Shown here: positions 37,025 through 48,612 of the stretch, one piece after another | Layout: each line of letters opens with the position of its first letter | Position numbering within the stretch: position 1 is the stretch's first letter | Source: Carcharhinus amblyrhynchos | Taxonomy: Eukaryota | Assembly: GCA_965287045.1 (NCBI GenBank) | Contig: OZ336870.1 | Coordinates: 80,228,001 to 80,292,000 of the forward strand | Direction of reading: 5' to 3' | Length of the DNA: 64,000 bases | Translations under genes and position numbers: made by a program | Notes under the pieces: generated by a model | What the model saw: the letters and a program-made list of their open reading frames with translations, nothing else | What the model was told of the DNA's origin: nothing | Databases searched by the model: none

Positions 37025-37452
37025 CATTCTCATTAGGCCTCATCTGGAGGACTGCATCAAGTTCGGGATGTCATACTTGAGGAAAGATGTGAAGTCATTG
37101 GACAGAATATGGAGGAGATTTACAAGAATGATTTCAGGGATTAAAAAAAACTGCAGCTATGACGATAGATTGGAGATGTTTTCTTTGGAGAAAGGAAGGC
37201 TGCGAGGAGACTTGGTCGAAGTATTCAAGATCCTGAGGGATATGGACAGGATAACTAGTGAAAAACTGTTCCCACTCAAGAGAGTGTCAAGAACTAGAAG
37301 GCACAGATTCAAAATAATGGGCAAAAGGAGTAAAGGTGATGTGAGGAAAAGAAAGAATGTGTAAGGCTAGGGAGCAGGATTAAGAAGAATGCTTTTTCAC
37401 AGAGCTAGTGCAGACTCAATGAGCCTACATTGCAAAGATTCTATGATTCTGT
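37025..37452 (+). mobile_element. CR1 3' fragment
   Basis: RRFTRMISG, FSLEKGRLRGDLVEVFKIL and a (attctatg) tail. Confidence 0.85.
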
Positions 37453-39164
37453 AGTCAGGCTCCATCCACTAGCTAACAGAATGTACTGACAATTTCTATC
37501 TGTGAGCAGACTCGAAGCAGGCAAGAAATTCTACAAGACTGCATCTACAGCAACCTGTCTTTTGACACGGAGCTCAGCACACACACTGAAAAGGCAGTCA
37601 CTGGGTGAAAATCCTGATGGTCTCTTGTTGAATACAAACACCACATGGACAGCCACAGTTCAAGGAGAAGATCCACCTTCAGCCTTGTCATTGTCACCCC
37701 ACCCTGAGAACAAATAAAAAAACAACATATTAGATTTTTGGAAGGATAGCCGGAATAGTAGGTTTAAATTAAGGAGCCCATTTCTCATTTACTTAAGAGA
37801 AAAAGAACAGACTTTTTTCCTTTCGGTTGAACTGTACTTGTTCCTGATTTCATAAGATAGCTTCCCCTGTCCCTTCAGATTCCCCTATTTCTTTGATTCC
37901 CTGTAGGTATTGACTCACAGATCAGGTGACAGATCCACAGGAAGCCTTAAGCACTTGATACACTTCTGAGTGAGCACTGTGGCTTGAACTCTCTGAGCCT
38001 TATTTGCTGCCAGCAACTACTAACACCATGAGATGTGTGCTTATCAACAATTGCCTCTATAGTTGCATCAACCTAATGTACAAAAAGGAAGAAAACCTAT
38101 CTGTGAATCTATTTGAAGTTTTACAAAGGTGCACTCTGAAGTACAGCAATCCCTCTCACAGTAAGTCCTTTGTTGTGGACGGCTAATGGCCAAGTGACTG
38201 GATTAAAACAATAAACTTGATCTGGGAGCAGTTGTTACATATTCCTGACTGATCCACTGTAGTGTATTCATGCTGAGGCCTCGGGATCTGGTGTTCCGCT
38301 CCCTACAGTTTAATAAAACAGAGACACACAGCAGTATTCACAACTCTTCAAAAGAGAATGGTGCAGTCAATAAACGGCCAGTAAAATCAAACAACGAATT
38401 TTAAAAATGAATAAGGAAACATTTGTAGCTTGAGATTTGTTTTGAGAGCGAAGCTACTTCATAAAGTACTTTCTACTTTCCCTTGCTCCATCTCTGATCT
38501 AGGTGTTTAATGTGAGGAGACTTGGGGGGGAAGGGGTGCTGGTGGAATGAATCACAGGCCTCTGACAATAATACACTCAGACATCCAGTCCATGTACAGG
38601 CGCAGCCTCTGGTGATTTTCCTTCAGTTCCATTTCCCTCTCCCTATAGCAGTGTTTGGCCTTCCCTTGATAAGAGGCAAGTTATGCAGCAAATTGGAGTA
38701 GTTAATAAAAGGGTCGTACTCGACATTGTATCATTTTTAATAGCAGTGAGAATTTATTTAAAATGTTGGCCAGGATTCTGTTGGGCTAACAAGATCTCAC
38801 CCACTGGGTCTGAGAACTGGCAGGGAGTCCCACCAGAGAGCCAGAGTCATCATGAGACCCCCAGGCCAAAGACGAGTAAGGACGATGGAGGTCACGTGGT
38901 AAAGGGTAATGGAAGGGGAGTTAGAGGGGTATTAGAAGCAAGGCAGCAGGGTGGCATTCAGTGATTGACTCTCCTGATTCCAGGTCCCTCATTGAGCACA
39001 AAGGAGAGTCCTCATTAATGAGAGATCTAACTGGATTTGCTGGGTGTCCTTCCAAGACGCCAGAAGCTTTGCAGTCCCTATGTAGTTCCTGAACCACCAC
39101 TAAATTGTGTGGGCTCAGGGATCATTGATGTCAATTGACTGATTAATGAGCTAAATCAACATCC

Positions 39165-39335
39165 TGATCAGTTAGCTCAGTTGGCTGTACAGCTGGTTTG
39201 AGATATGGATTTAATTCCCATACTGGCCGAGATTATTCATGAAGACCTTCTCAACCTTGCCTTAGGTGATCTCAAGTTAAATCACCACCCATTTGTCTCC
39301 CCCTTGAAGAGAAGACTATGATGACTTGACCTTTC
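39165..39335 (+). mobile_element. Short tRNA-derived SINE within a Harbinger-like non-autonomous block (about 38768-39450)
   Basis: gttagctcagttggc A-box-like and gatttaattccc B-box-like motifs. Confidence 0.45.
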
Positions 39336-39699
39336 TAATCAATGGGAATATTGGTGCCAATGGAAGATTGACATAGGGCATCTCTTATGATTAACTGGGC
39401 CTGGCCACTTACAGTTCTCCCTGTAGCAAAAGGCAGCACTAAATCTGGCTTGCAAATTATTTTACAGTTTCATTACTTTAAAAAAAATATTTTTTCCTTT
39501 TCAATTCGCTCCCTATTTCAGTTTGTTTTCATTCTTTTCATTTCTACTCATCTGTGCCATCATCATCTGGTTAAGGAGAACAGACAGATCACCTATTCTA
39601 AAGACATCTATCAACACTATCTCTTGGAATAATAAAGGGTTGATATGTCTTCATTACCTTTCTATTGTTAGATCCTCAGGGGAAAAGACAGGCTTGTCT

Positions 39700-40060
39700 G
39701 AAGAACAGGGGAACAGGAGTAGGCCATTCAGCCCCTCGGGCCTGCACTTCCATCAGTTAGATTATAGCTGATCTGTAACTTTTTTACTTGCTATGGTTCC
39801 CTAACTCTTAATAGCCATGTCTAACAAAAATCTATCAGTCTTTGGTTTGAAATTTTCCACACTTTTTTGGAGGAGAGTGTACCATATCTTTTTACACACC
39901 TTTGTGCAAAGAAAGCTTGTTGACATCAACTTTGAATTGCCTAGATCAGATTTTATGGTTGTAGGCCCTATGTTTTAGACTCCCCCAACATTGGAAATAG
40001 TTTATTTGTATCAACCTTATCAACCCTTTCAATCATCTTACACTCATCAATTGAATCAAA
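39700..40060 (-). mobile_element. Old CR1 3' fragment
   Basis: aggagtaggccattcagccc tail motif followed by a decayed ORF end. Confidence 0.65.
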
Positions 40061-40468
40061 CGAGTGCAGAATCTGAGGCAAGGCAGCTTCTCATGACACA
40101 ACAGTTGGTGCAGTTTGGGCACTATGGGCCATTCTCATGCTGTAGCAAACTTAAATGTCAAAAAAGACCAAATGCCATAGAGAGTTACATCAAATAAGTT
40201 GATATGTTCTGATTCTAGACCCACAAATAAGTTATTAACTGGTTCTGGAATATCCAAAGATAATATTAGTCTTGTTGTTCTTTAGTCATTGTTTTAGGTA
40301 GTAACCCAATGTGGGCAACTTGGAATTGGCCGCTTGCCTTACACTCCACCTGATTTTCATTTTAGCTAACTTCATAATATTTTCCGTATCGCTCACAATC
40401 AACTTCATCCTTCCCATATTTATGAACTTAAATATTTGCTTTAACAAACAAAAACACATGTCAAGTTC

Positions 40469-41103
40469 AGTGTTAGCATTCATTTCTAGAGGGCTAGAAT
40501 ACAAGAGCAGGGATATACTGCTGAGGCTGTATAAGGCTCTGGTCAGACCCTATTTGGAATATTGTGAGCAGCTTTGAGCACCATAACTAAGGATGGATGT
40601 CCTGGCCTTAGAGGGGGTCAAGGAGATTCACAAGAATGATCCCAGGATTGAAGGATTTGTCGCATGAGGAGCAGTTGAGGAGTGTCGTCTTTACTCAATG
40701 AAGTTAAGAAGGTTGAGGGGGGGGGATCTAATTGAAACTCGCAGAATACTGAGAGGACTAGACAGAGTGGACGTGGAGAGGATATTTCAATTAGTGGAAG
40801 AGACTAGAACTCGAGGGCACAACCTCAGAGTGAAGGGACAGTCCTTTAAAACTGAGATGAGAAAGTATTTCTTCAGCCAAAGGGTGGTGAATCTGTGGAA
40901 CTCATTGCCACGGAGGGCTGTGGAGACCAGGTCATTGAGTGTCTTTAAGATCGAGATAGATAGGTTATTGCTCAATAGGGGGATCAAGGGTTACAGGGAG
41001 AAGGCAGGAGAATGGGGATGAGAATGATATCAGCCATGATTGAATGGCAGAGCAGACTCAATGGGCCAAACAGCCTAATTCTGCTCATGTATCTTATGGT
41101 ATT
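40469..41103 (+). mobile_element. CR1 3' fragment (intermediate age)
   Basis: VLAFISRGLEYKSRDILLRLYKALVRPYLEYC...FFSQRVVNLWNSLP with stops and frameshifts. Confidence 0.9.
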
Positions 41104-41259
41104 AAGTATTCAGTGAAGTAAGATAAACCGAAAATGTTACTGGTGTGCAAACTCTGTATGTATAATGTCAAAAACATATAATGAAACTGTTTTACGTTAT
41201 GCTATAAGAAGATAATCATTTTGTATTGAAGACATAAACCACTATGACTGCGGGGATAA

Positions 41260-41548
41260 TGATGGAGAGAGGCAAAAAACACATTGCCCAAGTGTAATGG
41301 CTTTGTCAGGAACACAAAAGGTATTTATTAACAAGGAAAAACTGGACGGAGGCCGGCTGCCTCCTGGTTGCCCTGGAGCAGCCCCTGGTTGCCCTAGTCC
41401 CTACAGGTCTACTGCATACCTTCCGATTGACTTCTGCCTAAAAGAGGGCTCCACCCCCTGGAGTGATTACCCGCTCATAATCCCAATTGGTCCCTCAAGC
41501 CAGGTGACCCTCTTCTGCTGTGCTGCCCTTAAAGGCATAATCACCACA
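41260..41548 (-). mobile_element. Solo LTR, same family as 36286-36582
   Basis: The minus strand starts tgtggtga and ends tccatca; shares agcagaagagggt.acctg, ggctgctcca, aataaa and ttgcctct blocks. Confidence 0.6.
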
Positions 41549-41756
41549 ATTCCAAACCAGGAAACTCCATGGAGTTACTCCTGCTCCATCATTGTTACTT
41601 CACCACAAGATCCTATTATGCCAATAACACCAATGGAATGGATGGATTGCAAGTAACGTCAGAGCCATTGTTTGTTAAATATATAGGGAGCACACGAACA
41701 TAAAGTAGAGTCAGATTTCTATCTACTTGTGCTGAACTCCCTGGAAAAGGTCAGCA

Positions 41757-41920
41757 GATGTGCAGGTTAGGTTTATTGGCCATTCTAAATTGACCCTAGT
41801 GTCAGGGGATTAACAGGGTAATTGAGAGTTACAGGAATAGGACCTGGGTGGGATTGTGGTTGGTACAGACTCAAAGGGCCGAATGGCCTCCTTCTGTATT
41901 GGCAGGATTCTATCATTCTA
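41757..41920 (+). mobile_element. HE1 SINE 3' half
   Basis: gatgtgcaggttagg...gggccgaatggcctccttctg. Confidence 0.8.
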
Positions 41921-44036
41921 AATATCCTTGCCTGAACTGCTGCGCCATTTTATTTAGCATGTCCTATTCCAACAAGTGCATGATATATTCCCCTAAAACA
42001 GTTCAGTATTGTACTCATTCTGGAAGTCATAAAATCCATGAACTCAGCTGCGTGCAAATGCTGTTTCAATTGGCCCTTGGATCAGTATCCAATGTAGGCT
42101 TTCCAACCCAGTCATAAGTTCCCAACATTTGTGGTTCTACAGAGTGTGCAAGAGTGTTGCATTGATGCTGGAATGACTGAAGTATTAGAGATCTGGCTGG
42201 CTCCAGCATCAGATTAATAGGGTTGCTACATATTTCACACCAACTATCGTGTCACCCTGAAGTTTTGTCCACCTGACTGATTCTGTTTACTTCTCACTTC
42301 TTTCAAGGGGGAGAAGACTGGGATTATTTGATCAATAGCCAGCTGAATAGTCAGACCTTGAACATTTATAAAAAGGACATCAAGTTCCAGAAACTCCAGC
42401 CAAGTGATATGGTGAGGAGGACAAAATATATACGTAGGTTGAGCTTAACTTCAGAGGTACTGCTGCTCCAGCCAGATAAATTTCCCGGATAGTCCAGAGC
42501 TACACAGGCAGAGGCTTCAGTACAGGAAGGCTATATTACTGGGCAATGAAGATGAAGATCAAAGATGAAGGCATGTAAAATCACTGGCTCCAATGCACCC
42601 CTCCCCAATAAGCTCAACACATTCTACGTCCGTTTTGAGCAAGAGGTCAGCGAGACTCCAGAAGCCTCGGATGAACCTACATACGAGGTCACCATCGCAG
42701 ATGTCAGAGCAGCCTTCTCAAAAGTCAACCCATGGAAAGTGGCTGGCCCAGATGGGGGACCTGGATGAGCACTCAGATCCTGCATGGACCAGCTGGCAGG
42801 GGCATTCGCAGACATCTTTAACCTCTCTTTACACCAGTCTGAGGGTCCCTATCTGCTTCAAGAAGATGGCTATCATCCCAGAAGCAAAGAAAAGACAGGC
42901 AGCCTTAATGACATCCATCAGTATGAAGTGCTTCGAAAGGTCAGTCATGGCATAAATCAATTCCAGCCTCCCAGATTGCATGGATCCAATACAGTTCACA
43001 CCTCGCAGCAACAGGTCCACCTGTCATCCACCTGGCCCTGCATTCAACCCTGGAACACCTAGATAATAAAGGCACCCATGTCAGACTCCTATTTATTGAC
43101 TATAGCTCAGCCTTCAACATAATTATTCCTATAGAACTCATCTCCAAACTCCATGGCCTGGGGCTCAACTCCTCCTTCTGCAACTGGATCCTAGACTTCC
43201 TAACACACAGACTGCAATCAGTAAGAATAGGCAACAACACCTCCTCCATAGTCATCATCAACACCGATGCCCCACAAGGCTGTGTCTTCATCCCCTTACT
43301 ATACTCCTTATACAGCTGCAACTGTGGCCAAATTCCCCTCCAATTCGATTTTCAAGTTTGCTGATGACACCACCGTAGTGGGTTGGATCTCAAACAATGA
43401 CAAAGCGGTGTACAGGAATGAGACAAAGAATCTGGTGAACTGGTGCAACAACAATAATCTCTCCCTCAATGTCAACAATATGAAGGAGATAGTTATCGAC
43501 TTCAGGAAGCATAGTGGAGGGCATGCCCCTGTCTACATCAATGGCGATGAAGTGAAAAAGGTCAAGAGCTTCAAGTTTCTAGGCCTCCAGATCACACACA
43601 ATCTGTCCTGGTCCCTCCACCCTGACACTATAGTTAAGAAAACCCACAAACACATCTACTTTCTCAGGAGGCTAAGGAACTTCGGCATGTTGGCTCAGAC
43701 TCACACCAACTCTTACAGATGCACCATAGAAAGCATTCTTTCTCGTTGTATCACAGGTTGGTATGGCTCCTGCTGTGCCCTAGACCACAAGAAACTACAA
43801 AGGATCATGAATGCGCAAACTAACCTCCCATCCATTGACTCTATCTACATTTCCTGCTGCCTCAGAAAAGCAGCCAGCATAATCAAGGACCCATGTACCC
43901 TAAACATTCTCTCTTCCACCTCCTTCATCGGGAAAAAGATACAAAAGCCAAAGTACACATCCCATTGATTCAAGAACAGCTTCTTCCCTGCTGCCATCAG
44001 ACTTTTGAATGGATGTACCTTGTATTAAGATAATCT

Positions 44037-45845
44037 GAGAAAGGGGACCTAGTGAGGATGAGAAAGGGGACCAAGTGGTAGGGGATGGGGATATGGCTAA
44101 GGTATTGAATAACTTTTTTGTTTCTGTCTTCACGGAGGAGGACGTGAATAATTTGCTGGGTGTTAGCGATGGAAAGGTGGTAGGACTGGAGGGTCTTAAT
44201 GACATTACTGTTACTAGAGAGGCGGTGCTCGACAGACTGGAGGGACTGATTGTGGACAAGTCACCAGGACCGGATGGAATGCATCCAAGGGTTCTGAAAG
44301 AAATGGCGGAGGTTATAGTGGATGCCTTGGTGGTTATTTTCCAGACGTCGCTGGATTCCGGGGAAGTGCCGGAAGATTGGAAAACGGCTAATGTTACGCC
44401 GTTGTTTAAGAAGGGTGCCAGGCAAAAGGCGGGGAATTATAGGCCGGTTAGTTTAACGTCTGTGGTAGGTAAAATGTTAGAATCCGTCATTAAGGAGGAA
44501 ATTGCGAGGCATCTTGAAGGGAATTGCTTGATAGAGCAGACGCAGCACGGTTTCATTAAAGGGAAGTCGTGTCTGACAAATTTACTGGAGTTCTATGAGG
44601 ATGTGTCTAGGGCAGTGGATAGAGGAGAGCCGGTGGATGTGGTCTTTCTGGATTTTCAGAAGGCGTTTGACAAAGTACCTCATAAGAGGTTATTGCAGAA
44701 GGTCCGGGGACATGGAGTTGGGGGTAGGGTGTTAGCGTGGATAGAGGATTGGTTGTCAAATAGGAGGCAGAGAGTGGGGGTCAACGGGTGCTATTCGGAT
44801 TGGCAGATGGTGACTAGTGGAGTGCCCCAGGGGTCGGTGCTGGGGCCTCAGCTATTTACCATTTATATAGATGATCTGGAGGAGGGAACCGAGTGTATGG
44901 TGTCGAAATTTGCTGATGACACCAAGATTGGGGGAATGGCAAATTGTGCGGAGGGTGTGGAGAGTCTACAGAAGGATCTAGATAGGCTGGGCGAATGGAC
45001 CAGGAAATGGCAAATGGAATTTAACGTTGGCAAGTGTGAGGTGGTCCACTTTGGTAGGAATAATGGTAGGAAGGATTATTACTTACGTGGCGAAAAACTG
45101 CAGCAGGCGATGGTGCAGAGGGACCTCGGGGTCCTTGTGCATGAGTCGCAAAAACCCAGCTTGCAGGTGCAGCAGGTGGTCAGGAAGGCGAATGGGATGC
45201 TGGCCTTCATAGCGAGGGGGATTGAATATAAAAGTAGGGAGGTCTTGCTGCAGCTGTATAGGGCATTGGTGAGGCCGCAGCTGGAGTACTGTGTGCAGTT
45301 TTGGGCGCTGCACCTGCGCAAAGATATTTTGGCCTTGGAGGGAGTGCAGAGGAGGTTTACTAGGCTGATACCGGAGTTGAGGGGGTTGAGCTATGAGGAG
45401 AGGCTGAATAAACTAGGCTTGTACTCGTTAGAGTTTAGAAGAATGAGGGGAGATCTCATTGAGACATATAAGATGATGAATGGGATGGATAGGATAGAGG
45501 TGGAGAGACTCTTCCCGCTCAAAAAAGACAGTAGGACTAGGGGGCACAGCCTCAAGATAAAGGGGGGGTGGTTTAGAACGGAGTTGAGGAGGAACTTCTT
45601 CACTCAAAGGGTGGTGAATCTCTGGAATTCCCTGCCCGTTGAAGTGGTGGAGGCTGCCTCGCTAAATATTTTTAAGACGCGGGTTGATGGGTTTTTGATA
45701 AGAGAGGGGATTAAGGGTTATGGGGAGAGGGTGGGAAAGTGGAACTGAGCCACGACAGATCAGCCATGATCTTATTGAATGGCGGGGCAGGCTCGAAGGG
45801 CTAGATGGCCTACTCCTGCTCCTATTTCTTATGTTCTTATGTTCT
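44037..45845 (+). mobile_element. Very young 5'-truncated CR1 LINE (copy B)
   Basis: 1.67-kb uninterrupted ORF, CpG-rich, with a (TTCTTATG)n tail. Confidence 0.95.
44075..45748 (+). CDS. CR1 ORF2 reverse transcriptase domain plus C-terminus (557 aa; endonuclease lost by 5' truncation)
   Basis: KSPGPDGMHPRVLKE, NYRPVSLTS, QHGF, LDFQKAFDKVPH, GVPQGSVLGP and KFADDTK motifs, with no stops. Confidence 0.9.
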   Translation: MVGDGDMAKVLNNFFVSVFTEEDVNNLLGVSDGKVVGLEGLNDITVTREAVLDRLEGLIVDKSPGPDGMHPRVLKEMAEVIVDALVVIFQTSLDSGEVPEDWKTANVTPLFKKGARQKAGNYRPVSLTSVVGKMLESVIKEEIARHLEGNCLIEQTQHGFIKGKSCLTNLLEFYEDVSRAVDRGEPVDVVFLDFQKAFDKVPHKRLLQKVRGHGVGGRVLAWIEDWLSNRRQRVGVNGCYSDWQMVTSGVPQGSVLGPQLFTIYIDDLEEGTECMVSKFADDTKIGGMANCAEGVESLQKDLDRLGEWTRKWQMEFNVGKCEVVHFGRNNGRKDYYLRGEKLQQAMVQRDLGVLVHESQKPSLQVQQVVRKANGMLAFIARGIEYKSREVLLQLYRALVRPQLEYCVQFWALHLRKDILALEGVQRRFTRLIPELRGLSYEERLNKLGLYSLEFRRMRGDLIETYKMMNGMDRIEVERLFPLKKDSRTRGHSLKIKGGWFRTELRRNFFTQRVVNLWNSLPVEVVEAASLNIFKTRVDGFLIREGIKGYGERVGKWN

Positions 45846-46169
45846 TTCTCTACACCCTACGACAGTAACACTACATTCTACACTCTCTCCTTTCCTTCTT
45901 TATATATGGTATGCTTTTTCTGTATAGCACGCAAGAAACAATACTTTCCATTGCATACTAATGCACTAATACATGTGACAATAATAAATCAAATCAAATC
46001 AAATCCAAAATCAATGAGAGACACAGAAACTGTACGAGTTACTGAAGAGAGTACACAATGGTTTCACGTGCTCTGTGGCACAACAGGTTGCAAGTTGGAC
46101 CTCTAATTATTGTCTGGTGAGACATTCAAAGATTGTGGGTTTGAATCCCGCTTGAGTCAGCTTCATTAG

Positions 46170-46975
46170 ATATAGGTCTTGGGGCTCAAGGGATATGGGG
46201 AGAAAGAGGTGATCAGGATATTGAATTTGATGAGCAGCCATGATCAAAATGAATAGTGGAGCAGGCTCAAAGGACTGAATGGCCCACTTCTTCTGTTTTC
46301 TGTGTTTCTGAAAAAAAGTAGTACCTGGCTCTTTAGGCCAATTTGGGGCACTAGAATCATATATTTAACCCTGTCGAAGACTTTAATGTGACTCAAAATA
46401 ATCAAATAGGTCGTTTTTCCACACAATGGAGGAGAAATTGGATTTGCATTCAGCATGGGTGGCAGGTTGGACCATGACAAGCTGAGGCCCAGTCTGGAAC
46501 TGTGATACCAAACATGTATCCAACTGCTGCTCACCGCTTGGAGCCTGGGTATTCCATCAGTGCCATTGCCAAGGCTGAGTTTTGCAACAGGATCCTAGAA
46601 TTGACACAAGGCCCCAATTCAAGAACAGCAGCATTTTAACCTGTTTACAGGGGCCTGTTTGAATATGGCATCATGCAGGCCTTGGCTGTTCAGTATTGCA
46701 CATTTTGATGGAGCTGTACAGGATTTTGGTGAGGCTACGACTAGAGCTCTAACAAAGACTCACTCAGAGGGTGGTGACTGAGTGGAATCGGCTGCCGTCA
46801 GTGGTGATAGAGGCAAACTCGCTGGGGTCTTTTAAAAGACTTCTGGGTGAGTACATGGGATTTAATGGGATTGGGAGTTATAGATAGTTCTATGGCCTGG
46901 TAGGTATGGATATGATCGGCGCAACTTGTGGGCTGAAGGGCCTGTTTGTGCTGTAGTGTTCTATGTTCTATGTTC
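46170..46975 (+). mobile_element. CR1 3' fragments (46170-46310 and 46720-46975)
   Basis: aagggatatggggagaa..., cactcagagggtggtgactgagtggaat and a (ttctatg)n tail. Confidence 0.65.
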
Positions 46976-47094
46976 TAAAGAATTATCCAAACTCAAAATA
47001 TTGGCTCTGTTCTCTCACCACAGATGCTGTCAGACCAACTGAAATTTTCCAGCATTTCGTTTCCAATTCCAGCATCTGCAGTAATTTGCTTTTA

Positions 47095-48050
47095 TCTGGA
47101 GTGCTTTGTGCAGTTTTGTTCTCCACATTTAGGAAAGAATATACCTGTTTTGGAGGTAGTACAGTGAAAGTTCACTAAATTGGTCCATGATGAAGGGGTT
47201 GTCATATGATTTGATTTGATTTGTTCTGATTCTGATTTGATTTGATTTATTATTATCATATGTATTGGGACACAGTGAAAAATATTATTTCTTGCGTGCT
47301 ATACAGACAAAGCATACCATTCATAGAGTACATGGGGAGAAGGAAAGGCGAGGGTGCAGAATATAGTGTTACAGTCATTGACAGATCAACTTAATATAAG
47401 GTAGGGCGATTTAAAAGTCTGATGGCAGCAGGCAAGAAGCTGTTCTTGAATCAGTTGATACATGATTTCAGGCTTTTGTATCTTTTTCCCAACGGAAGAT
47501 GCTGGAGGAGAGCATGTTTGGGGTGCGTCCTCAATGATGCTGGCTGCTTTTCTGAGGCAGTCGGAAGTGTAGACAGCGTCAATGGATGGGAGGCTGGTTT
47601 GCGTGATGGACTGGATGAGAGACAGAGCAAATTAGGTTTAGTTTCTTAGTGATTTAGAAGAATGAGAAGTGATTTCACTGAAACATATGAGATTTTGAAG
47701 GGGTTTGGCAGGATAGATGCTGAGAGATTGTTTGCACCGGTCAGAGAATCTGAAACACGGGGGCACAGTCTCAAGTTAAGGGGCCAATATTTGGGACTGA
47801 GATGAGGAGATATGTCTTCATTCAAAGGATTGTGAATCTTGGAATTCTCTATCCCCAAGAATTGTGGATGCTCCATCACTGAGTACATGAAAGGCTGGGA
47901 TAGACAGAATTTTGGTCTCTCAGGGAATGAAGGAGTATGGGGACTGGGAAGCGAAGTGGAGTTGAAGCCCAAGATCAGCCATAACCATATTGAATAAGGG
48001 AGCAGTCTCACTGGGTTATAGGGTCTACTCCTGCTGCTATTTTTTTATAC
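47095..48050 (+). mobile_element. Old CR1 3' fragment interrupted by Rex1
   Basis: ttgtcatatgat|...|gatgagagacagagc joins across the insert; RRMRSDFTETYEIL remnant. Confidence 0.8.
47207..47613 (-). mobile_element. Rex1/Babar 3' end
   Basis: (GATTT)n tail; reverse complement of the 24400-24770 type sequence. Confidence 0.85.
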
Positions 48051-48612
48051 TCTGTACACTGCTGGCAGACTCCTTCATCATTTTTAATTACGCAATGTAG
48101 TACATTTTTGTTTTCAACTCATAGATTGCAATTTGCCAACGCAGAAGGTCCAGTCATTGTAGAATCTGCTTGAATTTTATTACATTGGTATCGATGCAAA
48201 AAAACAATCTGGGTTCTATAATGATCAGCTGATTCATTTTCCCGGATTACAGCCGATGTGATGCAGATGGAAATCTACCCCAATCTACTTTGCTTAGTCA
48301 GAACTTCGTAATATGGAAGGAATTTACACCCAAAACAGTCAGGAAAAAATATAAAACTTTCCAAACGCCTGCTTGATGTTAATAGGATTTCAAAAGTTTG
48401 ACTTCAACTGTGCCGAACTCGTGTACAATCACAGACAACTCATAGACACTGCTACACAATCAGGGGAGGCTCATAACCACGTTTTATTTACAATAGTTGT
48501 TGACATACAAGCTGACAAAGTACCCTTCAATCAACATCCTGATTAATAAGTAAATCAAAGCTTTATTTCATGTTTCCAACAACATAGCTCTCAGGGTTTT
48601 ATAATATGTCTA

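Larger units (their letters stand above)
42565..46010 (+). mobile_element. Rex1/Babar LINE (RT region, frameshifted) with its 3' UTR split by a young CR1
   Basis: [38 protein letters not shown] and RCTIESILSRCITGWYG motifs; the 3' UTR resumes at ~45846 and ends in (AAATC)n. Confidence 0.85.

Noticed and set aside
36286-41548. Full-length LTR retrotransposon bounded by the two LTRs
   Set aside because: The LTRs are inverted and strongly diverged, with no gag/pol between them.
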